Positions 38,636 through 47,372 of a stretch of DNA of 64,000 nucleotides are shown here, piece after piece. The translations under genes and the position numbers were made by a program. This DNA is from an uncultured Collinsella sp. (GTDB lineage: Bacteria; Actinomycetota; Coriobacteriia; Coriobacteriales; Coriobacteriaceae): assembly GCA_902462065.1 (NCBI GenBank), contig CABQAK010000004.1, positions 16,396 through 80,395 on the forward strand. The letters are read 5' to 3'. The number at the start of each line of letters is the position of its first letter. The stretch's first letter is position 1. A model generated the notes under the pieces. The model saw only the letters and a list, made by a program, of their open reading frames with translations. It was not told where the DNA came from and did not search any database.

Positions 38636-38994
38636 ATGCCGAGATTGCCCAGACGCTGCTAGAATCCGAGGGCGTCGTGGTCACCCGCGCCGCCAATGGC
38701 AACGAAGTCGTCGATCTGTACCTGTCACATCCCGCCGGCAGCTTCGATGCCATTTTGATGGACATTATGATGCCGGACATGGACGGCTACGAGGCAACCC
38801 GCGCGATTCGTCTGAGCGAGAAGGTCGATGCAGCCGATATCCCCATCATCGCGCTCACCGCCAACGCCTTTGCCGAAGACGCCCAGGCGGCACACGATGC
38901 CGGCATGAACGCCCATCTGTCCAAACCGCTCGACTTTAACAAGCTCAAAAACATACTCGCCCGCATCAAGAAAAACGGATCCGTTTCGCTATAG
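38632..38994 (+). CDS. Receiver (REC) domain, the C-terminal part of the same hybrid kinase in another frame
   Basis: The upstream frame continues ..LLAEDNELNAEIAQ.., which matches VLLVEDNDLNAEIAQ of the paralog at 39586-41778. DIMMPDMDG and a K in LSKP are also present. Confidence 0.75.
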   Translation: MNAEIAQTLLESEGVVVTRAANGNEVVDLYLSHPAGSFDAILMDIMMPDMDGYEATRAIRLSEKVDAADIPIIALTANAFAEDAQAAHDAGMNAHLSKPLDFNKLKNILARIKKNGSVSL

Positions 38995-39036
38995 TTTGTG
39001 CTCAACCACCACGCACGACCAGAAAGGAAGCCAACG

Positions 39037-39516
39037 ATGTTTAGGCCCTTACGTCGAAAGAAACGCGCCATCACTGACGAGGAAGCGCGCGAGCTGCTCG
39101 CTACCTGCAAGCGCGGCGTCTTTGCCGTCAACGGCGACGATGGCTACCCTTATGCCATTCCCGTCAACTACTTCTTTGACGCCGAGCACGACAAGATTTA
39201 TTTCCATGGCGCCAAGGCTGGCCACAAGGTCGACGCACTCAAGCGCGATGACAAGGTCTGCTTTACCGTTTACGGCAACGAGTGGTACAAGGACGGCGAC
39301 TGGGCTCCCTACGTTATGAGTACCGTGGTCTTTGGCCGTTGTCGCCTGGCGAATGACACCCCCGCGTTTATCGAGGACAAAGTCCGCCAGCTCGCGCTTA
39401 AGTACTACCCTTCTGCCGAGGAAGTCGAAGAGGAAATCGCCAAAGACATCAAGGGCGTCCAGCTTTACGAGATTTCGATTGAGCATCTCTGCGGTAAGCA
39501 GATTCAGGAAAAGTAA
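39037..39516 (+). CDS. Pyridoxamine-5'-phosphate-oxidase-family flavoprotein (Nim-like)
   Basis: MFRPLRRKKRAITDEEARELL..GVFAVNGDDGYPYAIPVNYF is typical of the Nim/PNPOx split-barrel family. Confidence 0.8.
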   Translation: MFRPLRRKKRAITDEEARELLATCKRGVFAVNGDDGYPYAIPVNYFFDAEHDKIYFHGAKAGHKVDALKRDDKVCFTVYGNEWYKDGDWAPYVMSTVVFGRCRLANDTPAFIEDKVRQLALKYYPSAEEVEEEIAKDIKGVQLYEISIEHLCGKQIQEK

Positions 39517-39544
39517 GCCCCTCAGCAGGTCTCGCAAATAGCAA

Positions 39545-39583
39545 TATGGCCCGGTTCCAACCAACCTTGGAACCGGGCCATAT
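39545..39583. terminator. Bidirectional terminator hairpin
   Basis: A 17-bp perfect stem: atatggcccggttccaa pairs with ttggaaccgggccatat. Confidence 0.65.
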
Positions 39584-39585
39584 GC

Positions 39586-41778
39586 TTATGAAGCGTCGGC
39601 GGCAATGTGCGCTAGCGCCTCGACGAGCTCTTGCGAGCTCACAGGCTTGCTCAGGTGCGCGTTCATGCCCGCCTCGCGCGAAAGCCTGCGGTCGTCGGCA
39701 AAGGCGTTGGCGCTCACGGCGATAATCGGCGTGGTCGCGGCATCCTCGCGATCGAGCGCTCGAATCTGACGCGTGGCCTCAAGGCCATCGATGCCAGGCA
39801 TCATGATGTCCATCAACACCACGTCGTACTCGTGCGGTGCGCTCGCGGCAAACGCCTCAACGGCAGACTCGCCATCCTTAGCATGCGTCACGACGGCACC
39901 GGCGCGGCTGAGCGTAAACTGCGCGATCTCGGCATTCAGATCGTTATCCTCTACGAGCAAAACACGCAAGCCCTGGAGCGCATCGCCATCGCCCGCATCC
40001 GCGCGAACTGCCCGAGGAATCTCGGAGCGCTTGCATTTCTCGAACGGCAGGCGGATGGTAAACGTCGTCCCCTGCCCCAAGACGCTCGTAAAGCTCATGG
40101 TTCCGCCCATAAGCTCGACCAACTGTTTTGCGATAGGCGCGCCCAGGCCAGTTCCCGATGAAGCGCCTTCCACCTGTTGCTCCTCGCGGCAAAACGGCTC
40201 GTAGAGGTGCTGTTGGAACTCCTCGCTTATGCCAATACCGTTGTCGGCGATCGTGTATTCATAGACGGGAACGCCATCCGCTGGCTCCACCTCGCGGCAC
40301 GCCAGGCGAACATAGCCGCCCTGGCGGTTGTACTTGACGGCATTGCCGGCAATATTGAGCAACAAGCGCTTGAGGTGCGTCGCGCTCACCCGTGCATAGG
40401 GATGATCAAGCGTCTGCTGGTCGCAGATAATTGTCACCAGACGCTCCTCGGCCTGGCGCTCCAGAATATCGCGCACTTCACAGTTGAGTGCCACCAAATT
40501 TGTGGGTACGAGGTTCAGGTCGACCTGGCCGCTCTCCAGGCGACTCATATCGAGTGCCTCGTTGGCAAGGTCGAGCAGCAGTCCCGATGCCGTCCAGATT
40601 TTCGAGCGGCACTCAGTCTGCTTTTGCAGATCGTCCGCATTGGCATTGCCAACCTCGACCATGCCGCGAATGCCGTTGATGGGCGTGCACAGATCGTGGC
40701 TCATGCGACGCAGAAACTCTGTCTTTGCCGAGTTGGCAGACGAGGCCTCACGCGCCGCCTTTGCCAGCTTGTCGCCATAGTCGCGCTCCTGCTGCAGCAA
40801 GTCCGTCAAACGTCGGCGATCAGCGCGGCGACGCACCATCACAACAACGGCTATAAAACCGCTGTAGAGCGCCAGCACGCCGGCAGCAACAGCCGCGACA
40901 ACCTCAAAGTAACGCCGCGCCGAGGCATAGGTGTACACATAGAATTTGTGCGCTTTTCCAAATGTGCCCAAATACCACTCGCCGTCGGCGTTAACCAATC
41001 TGACCTTACCAGCCAGGCATCGATCCTTAATACCGTCGACAATGAAGACGTCCGTCGCAGGCAGATCGAATACGCCCAATACGGTGGGTTCAACGGCATT
41101 GGTCGCAACGACCTTGCCGTCGCTTTCGATCACGATATTGCCGCTATCGATGGTTTCATAGCCATCAAGCAAGCTCTGCAGTTTGAGTGTATTGCTTGCA
41201 ACCGCCTTCGCGCTCTGATGCCTTACCGCGATAACGATGCCCTCGCCATCCTGCCGAGTCACGCAGCCAATGTCTGCGACCGAATCATCCGCAAGCGTGA
41301 TGCGGGCGGTATAGGACTTAAGCGGATGAGTTGCCACCTCCAGCACGGGTGATTCTTTGAGATACGTAGCGAGCGACCCGTAGCCCACATCGCCCGTCGA
41401 GGACTCGGACACCAAATTGCCCGATGCGTCCGTCACGATCAGCGCGCTCACGTTGAACTGGTCGGCATATTGCTCCAGCATGGCGCTATCCACCGAACCG
41501 TCGCGCTCCATATCGCGAGCAGCCTCTCCGGCGATCTCCATAACGCGAATCAGGTTTTTGGTCGTATAGGCGCTGTTGAATGCATCGTAGGAAAGGCTCT
41601 GCGTCGCCACGTAATCGACAACGTCGGCAAAGCGCTGCTCGGCCTGGGCCGTCATGTAACCGTAGCTCATCATGCCGGCAGCAACCGAGAGCGCTATCCC
41701 CAGCAGAGCGACAAGGAGCCATGCCCCTGCCGAACAATTGCCCCGCTCCTGAGCGGCGTGGTCGGGCGCAGCGATCAT
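39586..41778 (-). CDS. Hybrid sensor histidine kinase / response regulator with an extracytoplasmic Cache-like domain
   Basis: Two TM segments flank a 270-aa loop. H-box MSHDLCTPINGI, HATPase motifs and a C-terminal REC domain (LLVEDNDLN, DIMMPGIDG, SKP). Confidence 0.85.
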   Translation of the reverse strand: MIAAPDHAAQERGNCSAGAWLLVALLGIALSVAAGMMSYGYMTAQAEQRFADVVDYVATQSLSYDAFNSAYTTKNLIRVMEIAGEAARDMERDGSVDSAMLEQYADQFNVSALIVTDASGNLVSESSTGDVGYGSLATYLKESPVLEVATHPLKSYTARITLADDSVADIGCVTRQDGEGIVIAVRHQSAKAVASNTLKLQSLLDGYETIDSGNIVIESDGKVVATNAVEPTVLGVFDLPATDVFIVDGIKDRCLAGKVRLVNADGEWYLGTFGKAHKFYVYTYASARRYFEVVAAVAAGVLALYSGFIAVVVMVRRRADRRRLTDLLQQERDYGDKLAKAAREASSANSAKTEFLRRMSHDLCTPINGIRGMVEVGNANADDLQKQTECRSKIWTASGLLLDLANEALDMSRLESGQVDLNLVPTNLVALNCEVRDILERQAEERLVTIICDQQTLDHPYARVSATHLKRLLLNIAGNAVKYNRQGGYVRLACREVEPADGVPVYEYTIADNGIGISEEFQQHLYEPFCREEQQVEGASSGTGLGAPIAKQLVELMGGTMSFTSVLGQGTTFTIRLPFEKCKRSEIPRAVRADAGDGDALQGLRVLLVEDNDLNAEIAQFTLSRAGAVVTHAKDGESAVEAFAASAPHEYDVVLMDIMMPGIDGLEATRQIRALDREDAATTPIIAVSANAFADDRRLSREAGMNAHLSKPVSSQELVEALAHIAADAS

Positions 41779-42644
41779 GACAGGCCCTCCACATTCAAAA
41801 ATGGCGAAGGGTCATCAAAGTACTTTGACACCAGACGTTCCATGGTGCCATCGGCAAGCATTTCTCGATAGGCATGAGTGAGCTTAACGTCGATGCCGCG
41901 CGTATCGTTGATATCGAAAGCGGTGCCCAAACCGACCTCTAGCAGCGGCTCGTCCAGAATACGATACGTCACACCATAGTCCTTTTCGTAGGTGAGCAGC
42001 AAGGACTCATGCGCGGCGATGGCATCGACCAGGCCCTCGGCGAGCGCGGGGTTCAGGCATGAACGGTCCGAAAAGCAGTAGAGTTCTTTGATCTGCGGAA
42101 CGTTTTCATTTTTGCGATTGAGCAAAATGCCCTCGGGCTTGGTGGTGGACTGAACCGCCACGATCTTATCCTCAAGATCGGCAAGCGTGTAGATATCGCT
42201 CTGGGGATCGACCGCGACCACCTGGCGGCTCGCAAGATACGGGCCGGCCCAACGATACTCGTTTTCGCGACCCGTCATGCTAAAGCTGCCCATGACACAA
42301 TCGAGCTCGCCGCTCGCCAGCAGCTCTTTCTTCTTTTCCCAATCGATCAGCTGGTACTTTGGCTTGTAACCAATGCGGGCCAAAGCCTCGGTCAAAATCT
42401 CGACATCCAGACCAACAATATCGCCGTACTCGTCGCTATACACAAACGGTGGATAGAGGTCGCTGCCAACATTGAGCGTCTTAAGGTCGTCGTCTTTGGC
42501 CTGCGAAGCGTCCGGGCCTTTTGATGCTGGCGTCGAGGCTTCGTCATTGTGCCCGGAGCAGCCGGCTATCGCTATGACAAAGGCGCTCGCCACTGCAAGC
42601 GCAACAAACAACGAAATGGCAACCGAGCGACGGGGTCTTTTCAT
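41775..42644 (-). CDS. Solute-binding lipoprotein (SBP_bac_3 family)
   Basis: Lipobox AIAGC and an amino-acid-SBP-like body. Its stop overlaps the kinase ATG (ATGA). Confidence 0.8.
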   Translation of the reverse strand: MKRPRRSVAISLFVALAVASAFVIAIAGCSGHNDEASTPASKGPDASQAKDDDLKTLNVGSDLYPPFVYSDEYGDIVGLDVEILTEALARIGYKPKYQLIDWEKKKELLASGELDCVMGSFSMTGRENEYRWAGPYLASRQVVAVDPQSDIYTLADLEDKIVAVQSTTKPEGILLNRKNENVPQIKELYCFSDRSCLNPALAEGLVDAIAAHESLLLTYEKDYGVTYRILDEPLLEVGLGTAFDINDTRGIDVKLTHAYREMLADGTMERLVSKYFDDPSPFLNVEGLS

Positions 42645-42736
42645 CGAACTCCAGACGATCCTGTTTACAGACTGAAATGGTTAAAAATAATAGCAAACAA
42701 AACCACACGAGCGCCCAATGGTTACAGACGTTTTAC

Positions 42737-42778
42737 CATGCGGGGCTTTCTTGCCGACTTGACAGAAGGCCCCGCATG
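42737..42778 (-). terminator. Terminator hairpin downstream of patB
   Basis: catgcggggctttct pairs with agaaggccccgcatg. Confidence 0.55.
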
Positions 42779-42788
42779 CAGTGCTCAC

Positions 42789-44003
42789 TTACCGTGCATT
42801 AAAAACGTAGCGGTCCAAGCGGTCGCACGCTTCCCTTACGCGCGAAAGCGGCAGCGCCAGATTCACGCGAATGTGGCAGGGCCCGTGGAACGGGCGGCCG
42901 TCCTGATACCCCACGCCCACGCGCGCCCCCTCGTCGAGCAACCACTGAATATCGCGGCCATGCTCGCGGCACCACTCGGTGCAGTCCAGAAACACCATGT
43001 ACGTGCCCTGCGGACGCGAATAGGACACGCCATCAAAATGCTCGTCCACGTAATCGCAGAAGTACTCGATATTGCCGGCAAGCACCTGGTTGAGCTCGTC
43101 CACCCACTTGTAGCCCTGCGGCTGGTAGGCACCGATAAGCGCATGCATGGAGAGGACGTTCATCTCGTTGTAGTGGGTCTTGTTGGACACGGCGCACACG
43201 CGGTCACGCAGCGTCCCGTTGTAGACAATGTGGTAGCTGCCGACCAGGCCCGCCAGGTTAAACGTCTTGCTCGGCGCGTAGAGGGCAACCGTGCGCATGC
43301 GGGCATCCTCGCTCACCGACTGCGTCGGGATGTGCTTGTGTCCCGGCAGGATGATATCGGACCAAATCTCGTCCGAGATCACCACGCAATCGTGCTGGCG
43401 ATAAATGTCCATGGCGCGCTCGATCTCGTCGCGCTCCCATACGCGGCCGCAGGGATTGTGCGGCGAGCAGAACACCGCGGCATGGATGTAGTTTTGGGCG
43501 AGCTTGCGCTCCATGTCCTCAAAGTCCATGCGCCACACGCCCTGGTCGTCGAGCTTAAGCGGGCTGTGGACAATACGATAGCCCGCGGCCTCGATGGACT
43601 TGGTAAAGCCGATGTAGGTAGGGCTGTGGACCAGCACCGCATCACCTGGCTGGACATACGCGCGTAGCGTCGACACGACACCGCCCAGCACGCCGTTTTC
43701 GTAGCCGATATGCTCCGGCGCCAAGTCCTCAACGCCGTTGCGACGGCTCTGCCATTCGATGATGCGGTCGAAGTACTCGGGACGCGGATTGAAGTAGCCA
43801 AACATGGGGTGCTGAGCGCGCTTGATGATGTACTCCTGAACCGTGGGCACCGTGGCGAAGTTCATGTCGGCCACCCACATGGGAATGCGGTCGAAGCCCT
43901 CGTCGGGTGCGTTCGGAGCCATACCGGGGATCTCGCCCCAAGAGTCAACGGCGATGGCATCCATGCCGTGGCGGTCGATGATTGAAGTGAAGTCGTATTT
44001 CAT
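42789..44003 (-). CDS. patB: MalY/PatB-family PLP-dependent C-S lyase
   Basis: 404 aa, class I/II aminotransferase fold with SPHNPCGRVW and YAPSKTFNLAG (PLP Lys). Confidence 0.8.
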   Translation of the reverse strand: MKYDFTSIIDRHGMDAIAVDSWGEIPGMAPNAPDEGFDRIPMWVADMNFATVPTVQEYIIKRAQHPMFGYFNPRPEYFDRIIEWQSRRNGVEDLAPEHIGYENGVLGGVVSTLRAYVQPGDAVLVHSPTYIGFTKSIEAAGYRIVHSPLKLDDQGVWRMDFEDMERKLAQNYIHAAVFCSPHNPCGRVWERDEIERAMDIYRQHDCVVISDEIWSDIILPGHKHIPTQSVSEDARMRTVALYAPSKTFNLAGLVGSYHIVYNGTLRDRVCAVSNKTHYNEMNVLSMHALIGAYQPQGYKWVDELNQVLAGNIEYFCDYVDEHFDGVSYSRPQGTYMVFLDCTEWCREHGRDIQWLLDEGARVGVGYQDGRPFHGPCHIRVNLALPLSRVREACDRLDRYVFNAR

Positions 44004-44115
44004 GCTGGACTCCCGTGCAGAGCGGAATGATTCGGTAGGCGTTATTGTCCACCAGCGTGGGCGGTTTTGGCTCGGGGTTTGGCGCTTAATTTGACGGGTG
44101 CGGACGAATGGCTGG

Positions 44116-44862
44116 TTAGTCTCGCGTGTCGGTGATGGCGGTTATCGTCAACCTGGCTCCGTCGACTGTAAACGATATGTCGAGCCCGGCGTAAGCCAAG
44201 TGGTAAACGCGGTCTGGCTCGTGCTTGCTGCCCGCGCGGCGCGGATCTTGGCGAAGAACCTCGACCAAGCCGGGGAGCTTTGCAGGCGGGACTATATCCT
44301 GCAGCGCTTGCGGAAACTCGACATCGAGCTCTTGCCACGGAGCATCCTCAATCCAGCCGCCGGTCGCATCCGGGTGACAGTCCGCAAACGGAATGTAGGG
44401 CTTAATGTCGTAGATGGGCGTGCCGTCGCGCAGATCGGCCCCCAGCACATGGATGATGGGGCCATCGTCGGTGAGCTCGACGCGATCGAGCTTGACGCAG
44501 GTAAGCCCAATGGGATTAGGGCGAAACGGGCTGCGCGTGGCAAACACGCCCACGCGCTCGGCTCCACCCAGGCGCGGCGGACGCACGGTCTTCGACCATT
44601 TTGCGTTGGTACCGGACCTGTCCTGCGACTTGGCATCGGCAGCTATGTCCTTAGCCGTGCCGCCGGGCGTGCCGTTTTCAAAACGCCACAGCAGCCACAG
44701 GTGAGAGAAGGAGTCCAGACCCTCAACCGCTGCATTGGAGGCAAATTCCGGCTCAAAAACGATGCGTCCCTGCAGATGAGGCGCCAAAAAGCTGTTGCGC
44801 GGAATACCGAACTTCTGCGGCAGGTCGGTATGTATGTGTGCAATAGGTTCCATGCCGGTCAT
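44116..44862 (-). CDS. trmO: tRNA (t6A37) methyltransferase TrmO/TsaA family
   Basis: HIHTDLPQKFGIPRN and GVFATRSPFRPNPIGLT are YaeB/TsaA signatures. Confidence 0.8.
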   Translation of the reverse strand: MTGMEPIAHIHTDLPQKFGIPRNSFLAPHLQGRIVFEPEFASNAAVEGLDSFSHLWLLWRFENGTPGGTAKDIAADAKSQDRSGTNAKWSKTVRPPRLGGAERVGVFATRSPFRPNPIGLTCVKLDRVELTDDGPIIHVLGADLRDGTPIYDIKPYIPFADCHPDATGGWIEDAPWQELDVEFPQALQDIVPPAKLPGLVEVLRQDPRRAGSKHEPDRVYHLAYAGLDISFTVDGARLTITAITDTRD

Positions 44863-44994
44863 TGTACGGCATGGAGGCGTGGGACGCTGCGCGCAATTCT
44901 TCGCCGCGGTCCCCCGTCATGCAACCAACGGTTGCTTGGAAGGGCACCTGCCGCCGCGTATGCTTAAGCCATCAACCAGCAGAAAGGAGCCGCT

Positions 44995-45822
44995 ATGGCC
45001 TTTGCAGAAAAGCTCATCGCTGTCCGTCGCGTCCATCACCTTACCCAGGAGCAGCTCGCCGCCAAGCTCTTCGTCACGCGCCAAGCCGTGAGCCGCTGGG
45101 AACGCGGCGAAGTCACCCCAGGTATCGACATGATGAAGCTCATCGCCGCCGTGACCGGCGAGCCCCTGTCTCACCTGCTCGAAATGCCCGAGCACTATTG
45201 CCAGAGCTGCGGCATGATACTCACGCCCGACGACTGCGGCACCGATGCCACGGGCGCCGCGACCGATCATTACTGCAAGTGGTGCTACGACCACGGCAAG
45301 TACACCTACGACACCACGATGGAGGCAATGATCGAGGATTGTGCCCCGCGGCTGGCACAAAACACCGGTATGTCGCTCGACGAAGCCGTCTCGCTCATGG
45401 GCGCCGTCCTGCCGCAACTGGAGCGCTGGCGCACCGTGCAGGAAAACGAGGAGCGCTACGGCGCCGAAGCGCGGGCGCGCTATGGCGATGAGGCTATTGA
45501 TGCAGCAAATGAAGCACTGCTGGACATGGACCCCGAGACATGGAACGACATGAAGGAACTTGAACGCGCTGTTCTGGGCCAGCTTTCGATTGCCATGGGC
45601 ATTGGCGACCCAGAGAGCAACGAGGCCCACAAACTTGTCGCAATGCACCGTCGATGGATTGCCCTTAGCTGGGGACACGAGCCCCAAGACGAAGCATACC
45701 TGGGCCTCGCCCACGGCTATCTTACCGACCAGCGCTTTGTTGACTACTACGACAAGCCCTGCGGCACCGGAGCCACGGCGTTTCTGGTCCAGGCCATCGA
45801 GTCGTCGTTGACGCGCGCATAG
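44995..45822 (+). CDS. XRE-type HTH, zinc ribbon and TipAS-like domain fusion regulator
   Basis: LTQEQLAAKLFVTRQAVSRWERGE (XRE HTH); CQSCG..(17)..CKWC (zinc ribbon); C-terminal ERYGAEARARYGDEAIDAAN...HRRWI...YLTDQRFVDYYD (TipAS-like). Confidence 0.75.
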   Translation: MAFAEKLIAVRRVHHLTQEQLAAKLFVTRQAVSRWERGEVTPGIDMMKLIAAVTGEPLSHLLEMPEHYCQSCGMILTPDDCGTDATGAATDHYCKWCYDHGKYTYDTTMEAMIEDCAPRLAQNTGMSLDEAVSLMGAVLPQLERWRTVQENEERYGAEARARYGDEAIDAANEALLDMDPETWNDMKELERAVLGQLSIAMGIGDPESNEAHKLVAMHRRWIALSWGHEPQDEAYLGLAHGYLTDQRFVDYYDKPCGTGATAFLVQAIESSLTRA

Positions 45823-45873
45823 ACCGCGGCGGCTTTGGGTATTTCAATCAAAACCGCAACCGATTGGAGACCT

Positions 45874-46119
45874 ATGACTACTGATCACGAGCTCGTGCTC
45901 TACGTTATGACCGGCTGCCCGTACTGCATAAAGGTCAAGCGCTTTTTGGCCGATAACGGCGTGGCCATTCCCAAGCGCAATATCTCGACCGATTCCGATG
46001 CCGAACAGACACTCATCGCCATCGGCGGAAAACGCCAGGTTCCCTGCCTGTTCATCGACGGCAAACCACTCTACGAATCGAGCGACATCATCGCGTGGGT
46101 GCAGGAAAACCTGCTCTAG
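45874..46119 (+). CDS. Glutaredoxin
   Basis: 81 aa with the CPYC active site and ..QVPCLFIDGK. Confidence 0.85.
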   Translation: MTTDHELVLYVMTGCPYCIKVKRFLADNGVAIPKRNISTDSDAEQTLIAIGGKRQVPCLFIDGKPLYESSDIIAWVQENLL

Positions 46120-46155
46120 TACGCACGCTCTGTCCGTCCAGGGCCCCAACCCATA

Positions 46156-46247
46156 CGACCCAAACATGTACACCAGCATCCAAAGTCGACATTTTTCGAC
46201 ATCTTTGGATGCTGGCGTACAGCTTTTTGGTAGTCATGGACGCTCTT
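46156..46247 (+). repeat. Left copy of a roughly 90-bp direct repeat that contains an 18-bp-stem hairpin (family H)
   Basis: cgacccaaacatgtacaccagcatccaaagtcgacatttttcgacatctttggatgctggcgtacag... recurs exactly 1080 bp downstream at 47236, with 3 substitutions in the first 70 bp. Confidence 0.85.
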
Positions 46248-46322
46248 GGCCGGCTAATTGTTTGAGGAGACCTTTGGATTATGGCTGTTTGACGCCTCTG
46301 GAAAGGTTTCCGAGAGGGCTGT

Positions 46323-46547
46323 GGTCAAAAAAGGGCAAATATGAGTACTGCTACCTGTTTAGTAGCAGCGATTTTGATCACTTCAGGAACTATTCAACGT
46401 TCCGCTCGTCCGCAGACGACGTTATTTCTCCTCATATGTTCAATAAAAGTAGCTCTTAATGGGAACAAATCTCATCAGGAGCTACAATTTATAGCAAATA
46501 AATGCAACCATAATGGCAACAGTACTCATATTTGCCCTTTTTTGACC
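46323..46547. mobile_element. 225-bp MITE-like element with perfect 28-bp terminal inverted repeats
   Basis: ggtcaaaaaagggcaaatatgagtactg (46323-46350) is the exact reverse complement of 46520-46547. The 169-bp interior is AT-rich and has no credible ORF. Confidence 0.55.
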
Positions 46548-46618
46548 ACGACCCTCCAGAATAGTCGCTGAGAGCGACACTAAATGACAAAATCCGACAC
46601 TTGAACGTTCTTATATGA

Positions 46619-46765
46619 GTAGCCATTGAAGAACACCTAACGACTACTCCCATTCGCGACACACTGTGTCGCGAATTAAGCTGGCCCCATTACCGAAGAC
46701 CAGTGAGAGCTCCTGCCCAGAATCTCAATAGCTTAATAAAGGGCTCCCCTCCGGAAGTTCAATGA
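46619..46765 (+). pseudogene. Remnant of a DUF1016/YhcG-like (PDDEXK) gene
   Basis: An open 48-codon frame without a start codon. It reads ..TPIRDTLCRELSWPHYRRPVRAP.., resembling the conserved (E/Q)LSWSHY.. segment of that family. This is a weak match from memory. Confidence 0.25.
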
Positions 46766-46953
46766 GCATCCAAATTCCAAGCTGAAAAGCAAAGGAGTAT
46801 CGAAGCCGTCAATGCTCATTTCCTATCGAGCAGGCGGATCAAAACAAGCTAATTAGCCTGATAAACTGCTTGTATTTTTGTCTACAAAACTGTATACAAA
46901 AAAGGGAATCCGAGAACCAGCGCTCGACATTATGTCGATCGATAGGAGGCGCT

Positions 46954-47220
46954 ATGAATGCTGAGCAGCTTGAAAAAATGATGGGATTTGCCCCTGGAGA
47001 GTTAGAGAAAGCCGCGGAAGCTTACGAAAAAGATGAATGGCCGAAATGCCGCACCGTTAAGCTGGGAAGGCCGCCGATCTCTGATGAGCCAAGCGTTGTT
47101 TTATCGGCACGTGTGGGTGAGTCTGTTCTTGATGCGTTTGACGCAAAAGCAAAGCGCCATGGGCAAACACGCACGGAGCGACTCAGGGAGCTCATCACGC
47201 TCGATGCAATGATTGCCTAG
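46954..47220 (+). CDS. Ribbon-helix-helix (CopG/BrnA-like) antitoxin-type protein, orphan
   Basis: 88 aa. The ATG follows aggagg. ..KLGRPPISDEPSVVLSARVGESVLDAFDAKAKRHGQTRTERLRELI is an RHH pattern. The palindrome tcgacattatgtcga lies in its promoter region. Confidence 0.65.
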   Translation: MNAEQLEKMMGFAPGELEKAAEAYEKDEWPKCRTVKLGRPPISDEPSVVLSARVGESVLDAFDAKAKRHGQTRTERLRELITLDAMIA

Positions 47221-47235
47221 ACTCAACTCCCCCGC

Positions 47236-47330
47236 CGACCCAAACATATACACCAGCATCCAAAGTCGACATTTTTCGACATCTTTGGATGCTGGTGTAC
47301 AGTTTTTGCGGGTAGTCATCGGGGACGTTC
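47236..47330 (+). repeat. Right copy of the roughly 90-bp direct repeat (family H hairpin)
   Basis: See 46156-46247. This copy continues into an intact family X element. Confidence 0.85.
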
Positions 47331-47372
47331 TTAAATGACTAGTCGCTAAAGAACATCCCCGATGTCTAACTA
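47312..47372. repeat. 60-bp hairpin element (family X, copy 2)
   Basis: tagtcatcggggacgttctt pairs with aagaacatccccgatgtcta. It is homologous to 21458-21519 and abuts the dus stop codon. Confidence 0.7.

Noticed and set aside
38600-38640. Programmed -1 ribosomal frameshift joining the kinase and receiver frames
   Set aside because: There is no X_XXY_YYZ slippery site and no downstream structure. A simple 1-nt loss at a CC doublet is more parsimonious.
46954-47220. A complete type II toxin-antitoxin pair
   Set aside because: Only the RHH antitoxin-type gene is intact. There is no toxin ORF of 60 aa or more on either side, and the upstream frames are broken.
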